Assembly (NCBI GenBank): GCA_031288595.1
Contig: JAITRB010000005.1
Coordinates: forward strand, 1-32,000
Direction: 5' to 3'
Origin: Puniceicoccales bacterium
GTDB lineage: Bacteria > Verrucomicrobiota > Verrucomicrobiia > Opitutales > JAIRLG01
Length of the DNA: 32,000 bases
In this document: positions 13,663 to 21,534 of the stretch, piece after piece
Layout: each line of letters starts with the position of its first letter
Numbering within the stretch: position 1 is the first letter of the stretch
Made by a program: the position numbers and the translations under genes
The notes under the pieces: generated by a model
The model's database searches: none
Seen by the model: only the letters and a program-made list of their open reading frames with translations
What the model was told of the DNA's origin: nothing

Positions 13663-14307
13663 TCAACTCTCGCTGTTCTGGAGCCGATAGAAGAGGATAA
13701 GTCGCTCTCTGAGTTTTTCGCCGTAGTGCCGGTCGGAGGCCCAGCGGCCAGCGAGGTCGTAAAGGGTACGAGCAGAGCCCCTTGAAACAAAGTGAAATCG
13801 CGGGTCGACGCAGGGATTTTTTAGCGCCTCTCTAGACCCGTAGGCCTTGAGGTGCTGGATATGTGCCCGTATCCCCTCGCGGACGCTGCGGAAGCTCACC
13901 CCATGGGCGCCATCATCCGTCGCCCCCAGGCCGCAGAAATTGTTTTGACTCGCCCTGACCTGCCCTCTGAAGCGGAGATAGCCTGTTTCCAGAGACATCT
14001 GGGCGAAGGCGAGGTCGTGATTGACCCCTTCGGCCCTGCTCTCTTCCAGATAGGCCCGAGCAATTTCCTGGATTTTCTCCTGGCTGAGCTGGGGGTTGTT
14101 CTGCCCCAATGCTCTTTCCATCGTCGTCAGCGTCAGTCTGCCCTGGCCCATGATCCGTGTGCTGATCCTCGTCTGCCTATCCCTCTCTGGAAGAGGAAGT
14201 TTTGGCTCATTCCGGCTGCGCCGGTACTCCGTGACGAGGGCCGTGCAACCGCAGAGCAGGCCCAGGGCGAGAAAGATTCCATGGCGCACCTTCATCGGGA
14301 ATGTCAT
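13663..14307 (-). CDS. Glucosaminidase-domain (mannosyl-glycoprotein endo-beta-N-acetylglucosaminidase-like) lipoprotein
   Basis: 214 aa. Lipobox LLCGC. The block AFAQMSLETGYLRF...NNFCGLGA...REGIRAHIQHLKAY resembles the PF01832-type domain. Its start overlaps the upstream gene's stop (ATGA on the minus strand, 14304-14307). Confidence 0.65.
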   Translation of the reverse strand: MTFPMKVRHGIFLALGLLCGCTALVTEYRRSRNEPKLPLPERDRQTRISTRIMGQGRLTLTTMERALGQNNPQLSQEKIQEIARAYLEESRAEGVNHDLAFAQMSLETGYLRFRGQVRASQNNFCGLGATDDGAHGVSFRSVREGIRAHIQHLKAYGSREALKNPCVDPRFHFVSRGSARTLYDLAGRWASDRHYGEKLRERLILFYRLQNSES

Positions 14308-15248
14308 AGCTCTAAAATCTCGAATACCCTGTCGATAACCTTGGGGACTGGCAAGGTCTTTAAATCCCCGCCAGCTGCCCGGATCCAGGCATTCGACGGA
14401 CGGCTAGAGGGGTAGGGGCCAAAGCGCTTCGGATCCGTGGGGCCGTAGAGCCCAATGACGGGGGTTCCCATGCTGGCGGCGAGGTGGACGGGCCCACTGT
14501 CATTGGCCACGACGCAGCGCGCATGCCGTATAAGGGACAGAAGTTCTGCCAAATGGGTGCGCCCTCGCTCATCCTCTAATCGAGGATGGGAAGCGAAAGC
14601 ATTGTCTTTCCTGCAGCCAAGGATCTTTATGCTCCATCCGGCCGGTAGTCGCTCATCCTGGAGAAGACCCTGGGCGAGAAGGGGGAAAAGGGGCCATTCT
14701 TTCCCTCTGCCTCTAGCTTCCGGAAAAAGGGCAAGACTGGGGATCTCAGCTTCGGCTGCTGCTAGATGGGACTGTCGCCAGTCGATGAGTCCTGTGACCG
14801 ATGAGGAAAGGCCTAGGGTAGGCAGGAAATGTGCCAGAATGTCCATCGCATGGATCTCTTTGGCTAGGATTTGGGTCGGACCGATATGTTCTCGATAGGC
14901 TAAAAAGGCGCACTCCCGGGCATCGCTGCGACCGATTTTTCGCTTCGCTCGAGCCCCATAGGTCATGAGCGCCGTCCGCGCCAATCCCTGCATGTCCCAG
15001 ACACTTTCGTATTCGGTGCGGCGAATCTCCCGAATTAGACGGAAAAAAGCCCCCAATCCTGCGTCTCGATGGAATTTATAGACGTGATCCGCTAGGCCCG
15101 AGTAGGCGATCAGGGGAGCTAAATCACTCCGAATAACCCAGTCAACGACGATCTCTGGTCTAGTCCAGCGCAAGGTCTGGATGATCGCCAAGGCGTGAAT
15201 TACATCCCCTAGCGAAGACGGCTTGATGACCAGAAGCCGCTCCGGCAT
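14304..15248 (-). CDS. Glycosyltransferase family 9 (LPS heptosyltransferase-like)
   Basis: 314 aa. N-terminal LLVIKPSSLGDVIHALAIIQTLR is characteristic of GT9. C-terminal VANDSGPVHLAASMGTPVIGLYGPT. Confidence 0.8.
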   Translation of the reverse strand: MPERLLVIKPSSLGDVIHALAIIQTLRWTRPEIVVDWVIRSDLAPLIAYSGLADHVYKFHRDAGLGAFFRLIREIRRTEYESVWDMQGLARTALMTYGARAKRKIGRSDARECAFLAYREHIGPTQILAKEIHAMDILAHFLPTLGLSSSVTGLIDWRQSHLAAAEAEIPSLALFPEARGRGKEWPLFPLLAQGLLQDERLPAGWSIKILGCRKDNAFASHPRLEDERGRTHLAELLSLIRHARCVVANDSGPVHLAASMGTPVIGLYGPTDPKRFGPYPSSRPSNAWIRAAGGDLKTLPVPKVIDRVFEILEL

Positions 15249-15263
15249 GAACGAGCCTTAGCC

Positions 15264-16001
15264 CTAACGGCGGCTGTGCAGCTTGGATAGCAGTCGTAGG
15301 ATTTCCACGTAGAGCCAGACTAGGGTCACCATGAGCCCGAAGGCGGCGTACCACTCCAGCTCCTTCGGAGCTCCGCGACGGGATTGGCGGGCGATAAAAT
15401 CGAAGTCAAGGACGAGGTTGAGAGCGGCCACGGAGACGACGAAAAGGCTGAAGACGATGCTGATGGGACTGGAGCTGTTCAAAACTCCGTGCCCCGTAAA
15501 GAGGCGGAAGAGTATATTCGCCAGGTAGACGAGCATGATGCCCATCGTGGCCGCGAAGAGGCCGATGGCGAACCTCTCATTGACGCGGATGAGCTGGGTC
15601 TTGTAGACCACCAACATGGCGGCGAATACCCCAAAGGTCAGGGCGATAGCCTGCGTGACGATACCCGGATAGGAGCGTTCGAAGAGCAGGGAGATGCTGC
15701 CGAGTACTAGGCCTTCGAAGAGAGAATAGAGGGGGGCTGTAACTCTAGCGAGATTGGGTTTGAAGATGCCGAGCAGCGCGGTGGTGAAGGCGAGAATGCT
15801 GAAGAGCATCCCCTTTCCCATGAGCTCTTCGATGGAGGCATAGGGGGTCTTCCAGGCGAAAGCTGCCGATAGAAAAACCAGGCCGAGGCAAATGGCGGCC
15901 TTGTTGACGCAGCCGGAGATGCTCATGAAGGCCGTGGCAGCCGGTATGGCCTCAAAGGCGCGCTCCTGGAGGACGGGATTCGACGTGCGCTCGTATTCCA
16001 T
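15264..16001 (-). CDS. Bax inhibitor-1/YccA family integral membrane protein
   Basis: 245 aa. N-terminal TSNPVL motif followed by about seven hydrophobic segments. Basic C-terminus. Confidence 0.65.
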   Translation of the reverse strand: MEYERTSNPVLQERAFEAIPAATAFMSISGCVNKAAICLGLVFLSAAFAWKTPYASIEELMGKGMLFSILAFTTALLGIFKPNLARVTAPLYSLFEGLVLGSISLLFERSYPGIVTQAIALTFGVFAAMLVVYKTQLIRVNERFAIGLFAATMGIMLVYLANILFRLFTGHGVLNSSSPISIVFSLFVVSVAALNLVLDFDFIARQSRRGAPKELEWYAAFGLMVTLVWLYVEILRLLSKLHSRR

Positions 16002-16138
16002 AGGTGCAAATGATAGACAAAGACGAACTGAAGTAAAGGATATAGGGCAACTGGAGGAGCTGTCAACTCCGTCCTGCGCCCAGAGGTGGCCGAAGGGTGA
16101 GGGGAATCTTCAGCGCCAGGTGGATTTGGCGGCTCCCT

Positions 16139-17518
16139 TTATCCGATCTGGGCGAGACCCGCGAAGAAGTGGCGGAAGACGCGGTAAGCCTTGGTCATCA
16201 TCGCGAGAGAGAGGTTTTCATTAGGTGCGTGGAGCCGGTTCTGGGAGGTGAAAAATCCGATCATCAGCGGATTCATGCCGGTCGTCTCCTGAATGGTCTG
16301 CATCAGGGGAATGCTGCCGCCCTCGCGGGTGAGCAGGAGCGGCGTTCCCATGACGCGCTGAGTGGCCTTTTGCAGGAGCTGGAAAGCCTGGGCCAGAAGG
16401 GAGGGCGAACTGCCTTGGGATGACAGGGTCTCTAAAGGGAAACGATAGGGCTTTCCAAGGGCGTCGGGAAATATCGCGAGGCGGGCCCAGGGCGGACAGA
16501 GGGCCCGCAGGCGCTCCTGAAGTGACTTGAGGATCTTTCCAGGCGATTGCTCCGGCACCAGCCGGCACGAGATCTTTGCCCGGGCAGTGGAGGGAATGAC
16601 AGTCTTGACGCCCGGGCCTTGCCAGCCGGAGCCGAACCCATTGATCTCCAGGGTCGGAAGGAATTCCTGCGCATAGGCTGCGGAGCCCTCATGGGGTGCG
16701 AAGGCCTCGATGCCCGCTTCGCGGCGCAGGGTCTCTTCCGAGAGGGGAGCATTTTCCAGAGATGCCAACTCCTCAGCCGAAGGTTCTCGCAGCTCGCTAT
16801 AGAAATCTTCCACCGTCACCTTCCCGTTCGCGTCGTGCAGCTGGGCACAGATTTCGGCAAGCACCTGGGCGGCGTTCGGCATCGGCCCACCCATGCCGGA
16901 ATGGAGATCTGTGGTGGCCGTTGTGACTTCGAATTCCAAGGTCAGGAGGCCCCGAAGGCCGGTTGTCAGGCTCAGGTGCTGCTCGTCGCAGGTCCCGGTA
17001 TCGGAGAGCAGGAATAGCTCGGAGCGGAGCGCATCGCCGTGTGCTTTTAAAAATTCCTCCATGTGCGGACTGCCGATTTCCTCCTCTCCCTCCAGTAAGA
17101 GGCGGATATTCCAGGGGAAATTGGGATTTTCCTGCAGCCCCTGGACTAGGGCATGCAAGAGGATCGCATGGGCCCCCTTGTTGTCGGCGATGCCACGGCC
17201 ATAGAGGGCATCGTGGCGAAGAGTGGGCGCAAAGGGCGGCGATTCCCAGAGCTCCAGTGGTTCTGGTGGCTGGACATCGTAATGCCCGTAGAGGAGAAGC
17301 GAGGGAGCTGCCGACGAGATCAGGCGCGAGGCCAGGAGAATGGGATGTTTTGCGGTGGCTATGGTCTGAACTTCGAAATGCTCCCGCCTCAGAAATTCGG
17401 AGATACAGTCCCGGGTATCCTGCATGCCCCGTTCACAGGTCGGGTCGCTGGAGATGCTGGGATAGCTGGCGTAGCGCCGGAGGAACTGGATGATGGGCTC
17501 GATTTCCTGGCAATCCAT
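16139..17518 (-). CDS. M20 family metallopeptidase (dipeptidase/deacylase-like)
   Basis: 459 aa. Motifs LLLYGHYDVQP, LYGRGIADNKG and LLLEGEEEIGS are typical of M20/M25/M40 enzymes. Confidence 0.85.
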   Translation of the reverse strand: MDCQEIEPIIQFLRRYASYPSISSDPTCERGMQDTRDCISEFLRREHFEVQTIATAKHPILLASRLISSAAPSLLLYGHYDVQPPEPLELWESPPFAPTLRHDALYGRGIADNKGAHAILLHALVQGLQENPNFPWNIRLLLEGEEEIGSPHMEEFLKAHGDALRSELFLLSDTGTCDEQHLSLTTGLRGLLTLEFEVTTATTDLHSGMGGPMPNAAQVLAEICAQLHDANGKVTVEDFYSELREPSAEELASLENAPLSEETLRREAGIEAFAPHEGSAAYAQEFLPTLEINGFGSGWQGPGVKTVIPSTARAKISCRLVPEQSPGKILKSLQERLRALCPPWARLAIFPDALGKPYRFPLETLSSQGSSPSLLAQAFQLLQKATQRVMGTPLLLTREGGSIPLMQTIQETTGMNPLMIGFFTSQNRLHAPNENLSLAMMTKAYRVFRHFFAGLAQIG

Positions 17519-17632
17519 AAAAATATCTGTATGCGGAGCAGTTCTATAGGGTTCCAGAGGAGAGAAGGCAATCCAGTTCTGGATGGCCGAGGGGATTTAG
17601 CCTGGGTTTGCTGGATGAGGGGGCTTAGGGAG

Positions 17633-17730
17633 GTCGGCTGGCTTTTGATGCCAAAGGCATCGGGCCCGCGGAGCGGGCCCACAGTGGAGGCCAGGACTCT
17701 GTCCTGGCCTCCACTGAAAAGCCAGCCGAC
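17633..17730 (+). repeat. Four-way-junction intergenic element, copy F (diverged closing stem)
   Basis: Closing stem 17633-17646 GTCGGCTGGCTTTT pairs with 17717-17730 AAAAGCCAGCCGAC (14 bp). Hairpin 17647-17652/17656-17661 (GATGCC AAA GGCATC). GC hairpin 17662-17669/17673-17680 (GGGCCCGC GGA GCGGGCCC). Long hairpin 17682-17697/17701-17716 (16 bp). Confidence 0.8.
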
Positions 17731-17796
17731 AGCACCTTGGCCCCGCGATTTTTTCCAGGAGCCTCCCGAGTAGCTCTAAAAATTTCAAAGAATGGA

Positions 17797-18633
17797 TCAC
17801 AGAAAATACCTCTCCTGCCTTTCGGAGATCGGCCGGCCCACCCGTCGCATGACCGCCAGCATATCCTCCCAGACGAGCCGCTTCGTGGCGCTGGTCTGGT
17901 TCCGCAGCAGGTAGGAGGGATGGAAGGTGACCATGAGAGGGATGTCTTGAAAGAAATACCACTGGCCACGGCAGAGGGTGATTCTCCGCTGGCTGTCGTA
18001 TCCCAGAAGCCCGTTGACCGCAGTAGCCCCCAGTGCGACGATGACTTGGGGTTGGACGATCTCCAGCTGGGCCCGAAGATAGGGCAGGCAATGTTCCATC
18101 TCTTCCTGTGTAGGCGGGCGATTTCCCTGTTCCGCCGAAGTCTCGGGTCGCCAGTTCATGATGTTCGTGATGTAGACCTCCTCTCGCGTCAGACCCATGG
18201 CGAGGATAATTTTCGTCAGCAGCTGCCCCGCACGCCCGACGAAGGGAATGCCCTGGATTTCCTCATCTGCCCCGGGCGCTTCGCCGCAGAAGAGAATGTC
18301 CGCTTCCAGATTCCCAACGCCAAAAACCAGCTGTTTGCCCGGCCGCAGATGCCGCTGAAAATCTCTGGAATTCAGTACCTGTGCGCGAAGCCATTCCCAC
18401 TGTTCCTGCTTAGGACCAGGGGGCAGAGATACGGCCATCGTGCCGTCGTCCAGTAGAGCTTGCTGCGAGGGCGGTGAGGGGATATGCTTGGAAGAGGACA
18501 TGACTTGGGGAGTAGTTTTCAGAGTTTCCAGGAAGAATTGCCAGTTCTCGAGGCCGATGTAAATCTCTCGTTGGCCGGCCTCTCTCATCGACTGAAGTGT
18601 CCGGAGCAGAAGTGTGTGAGGTAAGTCGCCCAT
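17797..18633 (-). CDS. Uracil-DNA glycosylase, family 4, with N-terminal extension
   Basis: 278 aa. Motif A GEAPGADEE, FVGRAGQLL, and motif B FHPSYLLRN. Confidence 0.85.
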   Translation of the reverse strand: MGDLPHTLLLRTLQSMREAGQREIYIGLENWQFFLETLKTTPQVMSSSKHIPSPPSQQALLDDGTMAVSLPPGPKQEQWEWLRAQVLNSRDFQRHLRPGKQLVFGVGNLEADILFCGEAPGADEEIQGIPFVGRAGQLLTKIILAMGLTREEVYITNIMNWRPETSAEQGNRPPTQEEMEHCLPYLRAQLEIVQPQVIVALGATAVNGLLGYDSQRRITLCRGQWYFFQDIPLMVTFHPSYLLRNQTSATKRLVWEDMLAVMRRVGRPISERQERYFL

Positions 18634-18720
18634 AAGCTTCTTTTAACGAAATTCATCCCACTTGGCAAGGCATAAACCTTGCGCTTGCCAGGTATACGAT
18701 TAGGCTTGTCCCTTGGAGAC

Positions 18721-19530
18721 ATGAAACGGCGATTTTATCTTCTTCTGGCAGGAGGGATTCCCTGGCCATTGGGGCTCCTGGGGACTGCAGATGAACCGAC
18801 ATCGGTGGCTGCGGTTCAGGTTCAAGAGAACACAACATCTGCAGGAGCTCTCATAGGCATGCCGAGTACTTCTGCGGTGGCGCGCACTCCGCCGGTGGCG
18901 GAACCAAAGCTGGACGAGGCAGCGGGACTGCAGGATGAAACCATCATCGAGACCTGGATGAGGGTTTTGATCCAAAATGCGCTGCGCTGTCTGCGGGAGA
19001 ATCCCTGGAAGACCCTTTCTCGCCTGAAGTCGGCTCGGGGCCTGCTGCTGCTGGGGCCGGAAAAATTGGGAAGTCTGCTGGGGGTGCACGCCGGGGCGGC
19101 CCTCGGGTTTTACCGGAGAAGCGATGGACACTGGGGCCTTCCGGCCATCTACCAGGTCGAATCGAAATCGCCCATCAAATGGGGTGAGGTGAGCTCGCTG
19201 ATTCTGCCCATCGAAGACGAGAAGACCCAGGTAAGCCTGCTGTTGCCCCAATGGCCCTGCGCGGTGGCGGCGAAAGCGCCGCCAAACTTCGGCCCCTCTT
19301 CGGAACTTGCCCAGGAGCTGGAGAAGGAGGAGAGTCCTTCGCTCTGGATTTTTCCGGAATCGAGGGATTTTCCCAAAAAGCTGGAGCTGATCTTCCACTT
19401 CAACCGCGAGATCAATGAGGAATTTTATGGGAAGGAAGGAATCCGGGCCGTGGATATTTTTTTTGACGATACCGCTGAGCCAGCGCACCTGAGAGAATGG
19501 TGGAATTTTTTGAAAAAGGTCTTAAACTAG
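18721..19530 (+). CDS. Hypothetical secreted protein
   Basis: The ORF track starts at 18679. The ATG at 18721 (MKRRFYLLLAGG...) has a GGAG 4-7 nt upstream and gives a signal-peptide-like N-terminus. No confident family; there is a weak SYLF/DUF500-like stretch. Confidence 0.5.
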   Translation: MKRRFYLLLAGGIPWPLGLLGTADEPTSVAAVQVQENTTSAGALIGMPSTSAVARTPPVAEPKLDEAAGLQDETIIETWMRVLIQNALRCLRENPWKTLSRLKSARGLLLLGPEKLGSLLGVHAGAALGFYRRSDGHWGLPAIYQVESKSPIKWGEVSSLILPIEDEKTQVSLLLPQWPCAVAAKAPPNFGPSSELAQELEKEESPSLWIFPESRDFPKKLELIFHFNREINEEFYGKEGIRAVDIFFDDTAEPAHLREWWNFLKKVLN

Positions 19531-20141
19531 AGGCCGTGAAGGGGGAATTCAGGCGGGCCCAGGGTTTTTTGCTCATCGAGGTCGTCGTGGCCCTGGCGGT
19601 TTTTGCCGTTTCAGCCGCCATCATCGTCCAGAGCTTCGCCAATGGGCTTGTGGCTAAGTACCAGCGGGAGAACTCACCCGACGCGGGGGACCGGTTGCTG
19701 TTTCTGGTGGATCAGGTCTTTGAGCAGATCAGAGGGGGAAGGTCCAGCAAAGAGGACTTGGCCAACGGTGGGGAGATGCATTTCCCCGATGGGAGCTGTT
19801 GGCGCTGGAAGATGCTGTGCCAGCCAACGAATGTGCTGAATCTCTTCCAGATTTCCCTGGAGTTGATTCTCCCGAAGGGACAGGAGGAGTACCAGTTCTA
19901 CCGTTGGGTGCCTGAGTGGAAGGATTGGGACCAGGAGACAAAGGCCAAGGAGTATTTTCAGAAAAATAAGGGAAAGGGCTTGGGGAAACCCAAGAAGTCT
20001 CGGAAGGGAAAAGCTCAAGTCTTGGGGTTTGTCTCTTCGCTGTCTTTGGATTCCGGAGGAATCGACCCGCGCAGCGGGCCCCAGGATAAAAACAAAAGGG
20101 AGTTTTGTTTTTATCCTGCAAAGACAGCGAAGTACTGCTGA
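19497..20141 (+). CDS. Prepilin-type N-terminal cleavage/methylation domain protein (T2SS/T4P pseudopilin-like)
   Basis: Class III signal QG|FLLIEVVVALAVFAVSAAII. An in-frame GTG at 19536 would give a canonical short leader (MKGEFRRAQG). The last 35 or so codons (from 20035) are encoded by repeat copy C. Confidence 0.6.
   Translation: MVEFFEKGLKLEAVKGEFRRAQGFLLIEVVVALAVFAVSAAIIVQSFANGLVAKYQRENSPDAGDRLLFLVDQVFEQIRGGRSSKEDLANGGEMHFPDGSCWRWKMLCQPTNVLNLFQISLELILPKGQEEYQFYRWVPEWKDWDQETKAKEYFQKNKGKGLGKPKKSRKGKAQVLGFVSSLSLDSGGIDPRSGPQDKNKREFCFYPAKTAKYC
20035..20132 (+). repeat. Four-way-junction intergenic element, copy C (family 1)
   Basis: Closing stem 20035-20048 CTTCGCTGTCTTTG pairs with 20119-20132 CAAAGACAGCGAAG (14 bp). 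Hairpin 20049-20054/20058-20063 (GATTCC GGA GGAATC). GC hairpin 20066-20070/20074-20078 (CCCGC GCA GCGGG). Perfect 16-bp hairpin 20082-20097/20103-20118. Confidence 0.88.
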
Positions 20142-20308
20142 TCCACACTGGAAAACCCTATCTTGCTTCACCTTTCGATTCTCTGAATTCTCTGCAAAGA
20201 GCCGTAGGGCTGATGAGTGCTGGAGGGAAGCAGAGACGGCAATTCCCTTTCGCCCTTGACCCCAGGGGTCGCTTTTTCAGTCTTCTGGAGATCCAGGTGT
20301 TCCGTTTC

Positions 20309-20404
20309 CCGCTGTCTTTGGATTCCAAAGGAATCGGTCCGCATAGCGGTCCCCAGGGGTAAAGGGAAGGCTTTGCCTTCCATTTACTCCTGCAAAGACA
20401 GCGG
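20309..20404 (+). repeat. Four-way-junction intergenic element, copy D (family 1)
   Basis: Closing stem 20309-20320 pairs with 20393-20404 (CCGCTGTCTTTG/CAAAGACAGCGG). Hairpin 20321-20326/20330-20335 (GATTCC AAA GGAATC). Hairpin 20336-20342/20346-20352 (one T-T). Long hairpin 20354-20371/20375-20392 (one G-T, one G-A). Confidence 0.85.
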
Positions 20405-20430
20405 CGCTTGCCTGAAAACGCTCAGAATTT

Positions 20431-21534
20431 ATGCTGCGAGTGGGGATTGTTGGATTGCCCAATGTGGGGAAGAGCACGCTCTTCAATGCCCTGACGCGGA
20501 CGTACAAGGCCGCAGCGGAGAATTATCCTTTCTGCACCATTGAGCCGAACGTGGGCATGGTCGAGGTGCCGGACGGGCGCCTCGAACCTCTTAGGAAAAT
20601 GGCCAAGACGGAGAAGGTGGTACCGGCCGTCATCGAGTTTGTCGATATCGCCGGTCTGGTAGCCGGTGCATCCCGAGGTGAGGGGCTCGGTAACCAATTC
20701 CTGGCCCACATCCGCGAGGTGGATGCCATCCTGCAGATCGTCCGCTGTTTTGAGGATGAGAGCATCGTCCACACGATGGGAGTGGTGGATCCGCTGCGGG
20801 ACATCGGGATCATCCGTACAGAACTGCTGCTGGCTGATCTGCAATCAGCGGAGGGCCAGCTGGAGAAATGGCGCAAGAGGGCCCGCAGCGGCGAGAAGGA
20901 GGCGGTGGAGCAGGTGGGATTGCTGGAAAAAATCTGCGCCCAGCTGGACCAGGGGAAAGCCGTAGGGACCTCGGCGCTATCCGCTGAGGAACGGGCCCAG
21001 GCAGAAGTTTTCCATCTCCTGAGCTCGAAGCCGATGCTCCTCGCCTGCAACGTGGCCGAAGGGGATTTAAGTGATCCCTCGGCCAATCCTCATGTGGCCC
21101 AGGTGGGACGGCATCTCCGCGAGGAGGACGAGGGAGAGCTCTGTGTCGTGAGCGCCCGTATCGAGCAGGAGCTTACCGCCCTGTCTCCGGAGGACGCCCG
21201 GACCTATCTGGAGGCAATCGGTGTGGGGGATAGCGGCGTGGCCCAGCTGATCCAAAAGAGCTATGCCCTGTTAGGCCTAGCCTCCTATTTCACGGCCGGC
21301 GAGAAAGAGGTGCATGCCTGGACTTTTAGATGGGGGATGAAGGCACCAGCCTGTGCGGGTCTCATCCACGGCGATTTCGAGCGGGGATTCATCCGGGCGG
21401 AGGTGATCGGTTACGAGGACCTGAGAAGGGCCGGCTCGGTGGCCCGTGCTCGAGAACTAGGCACCTATCGCCTAGAGGGCAAGGATTACGAAGTGCGGGA
21501 TGGCGATATCCTGGTCTTCCGCTTCAACGTATGA
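20431..21534 (+). CDS. ychF: Ribosome-binding ATPase YchF
   Basis: 367 aa. N-terminal VGIVGLPNVGKSTLFNALT. Conserved FVDIAGLV and C-terminal TGS-like domain (AWTF..G..AP.AAG.IH.DFE.GFIRAEV). Confidence 0.95.
   Translation: MLRVGIVGLPNVGKSTLFNALTRTYKAAAENYPFCTIEPNVGMVEVPDGRLEPLRKMAKTEKVVPAVIEFVDIAGLVAGASRGEGLGNQFLAHIREVDAILQIVRCFEDESIVHTMGVVDPLRDIGIIRTELLLADLQSAEGQLEKWRKRARSGEKEAVEQVGLLEKICAQLDQGKAVGTSALSAEERAQAEVFHLLSSKPMLLACNVAEGDLSDPSANPHVAQVGRHLREEDEGELCVVSARIEQELTALSPEDARTYLEAIGVGDSGVAQLIQKSYALLGLASYFTAGEKEVHAWTFRWGMKAPACAGLIHGDFERGFIRAEVIGYEDLRRAGSVARARELGTYRLEGKDYEVRDGDILVFRFNV

Noticed and set aside
20035-20132. Retron msr/msd-like ncRNA (flanking inverted repeats plus a long variable hairpin)
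   Set aside because: The resemblance is superficial. There is no reverse transcriptase gene nearby, the element is multi-copy, and no conserved branching-G context is evident.
21330-21530. Upstream extension of the lpxB ORF (track start at 21330)
   Set aside because: The extension lies inside the ychF coding sequence in another frame and is Gly/Arg-rich. LpxB homology begins at the ATG at 21531, which forms an ATGA overlap with the ychF stop.
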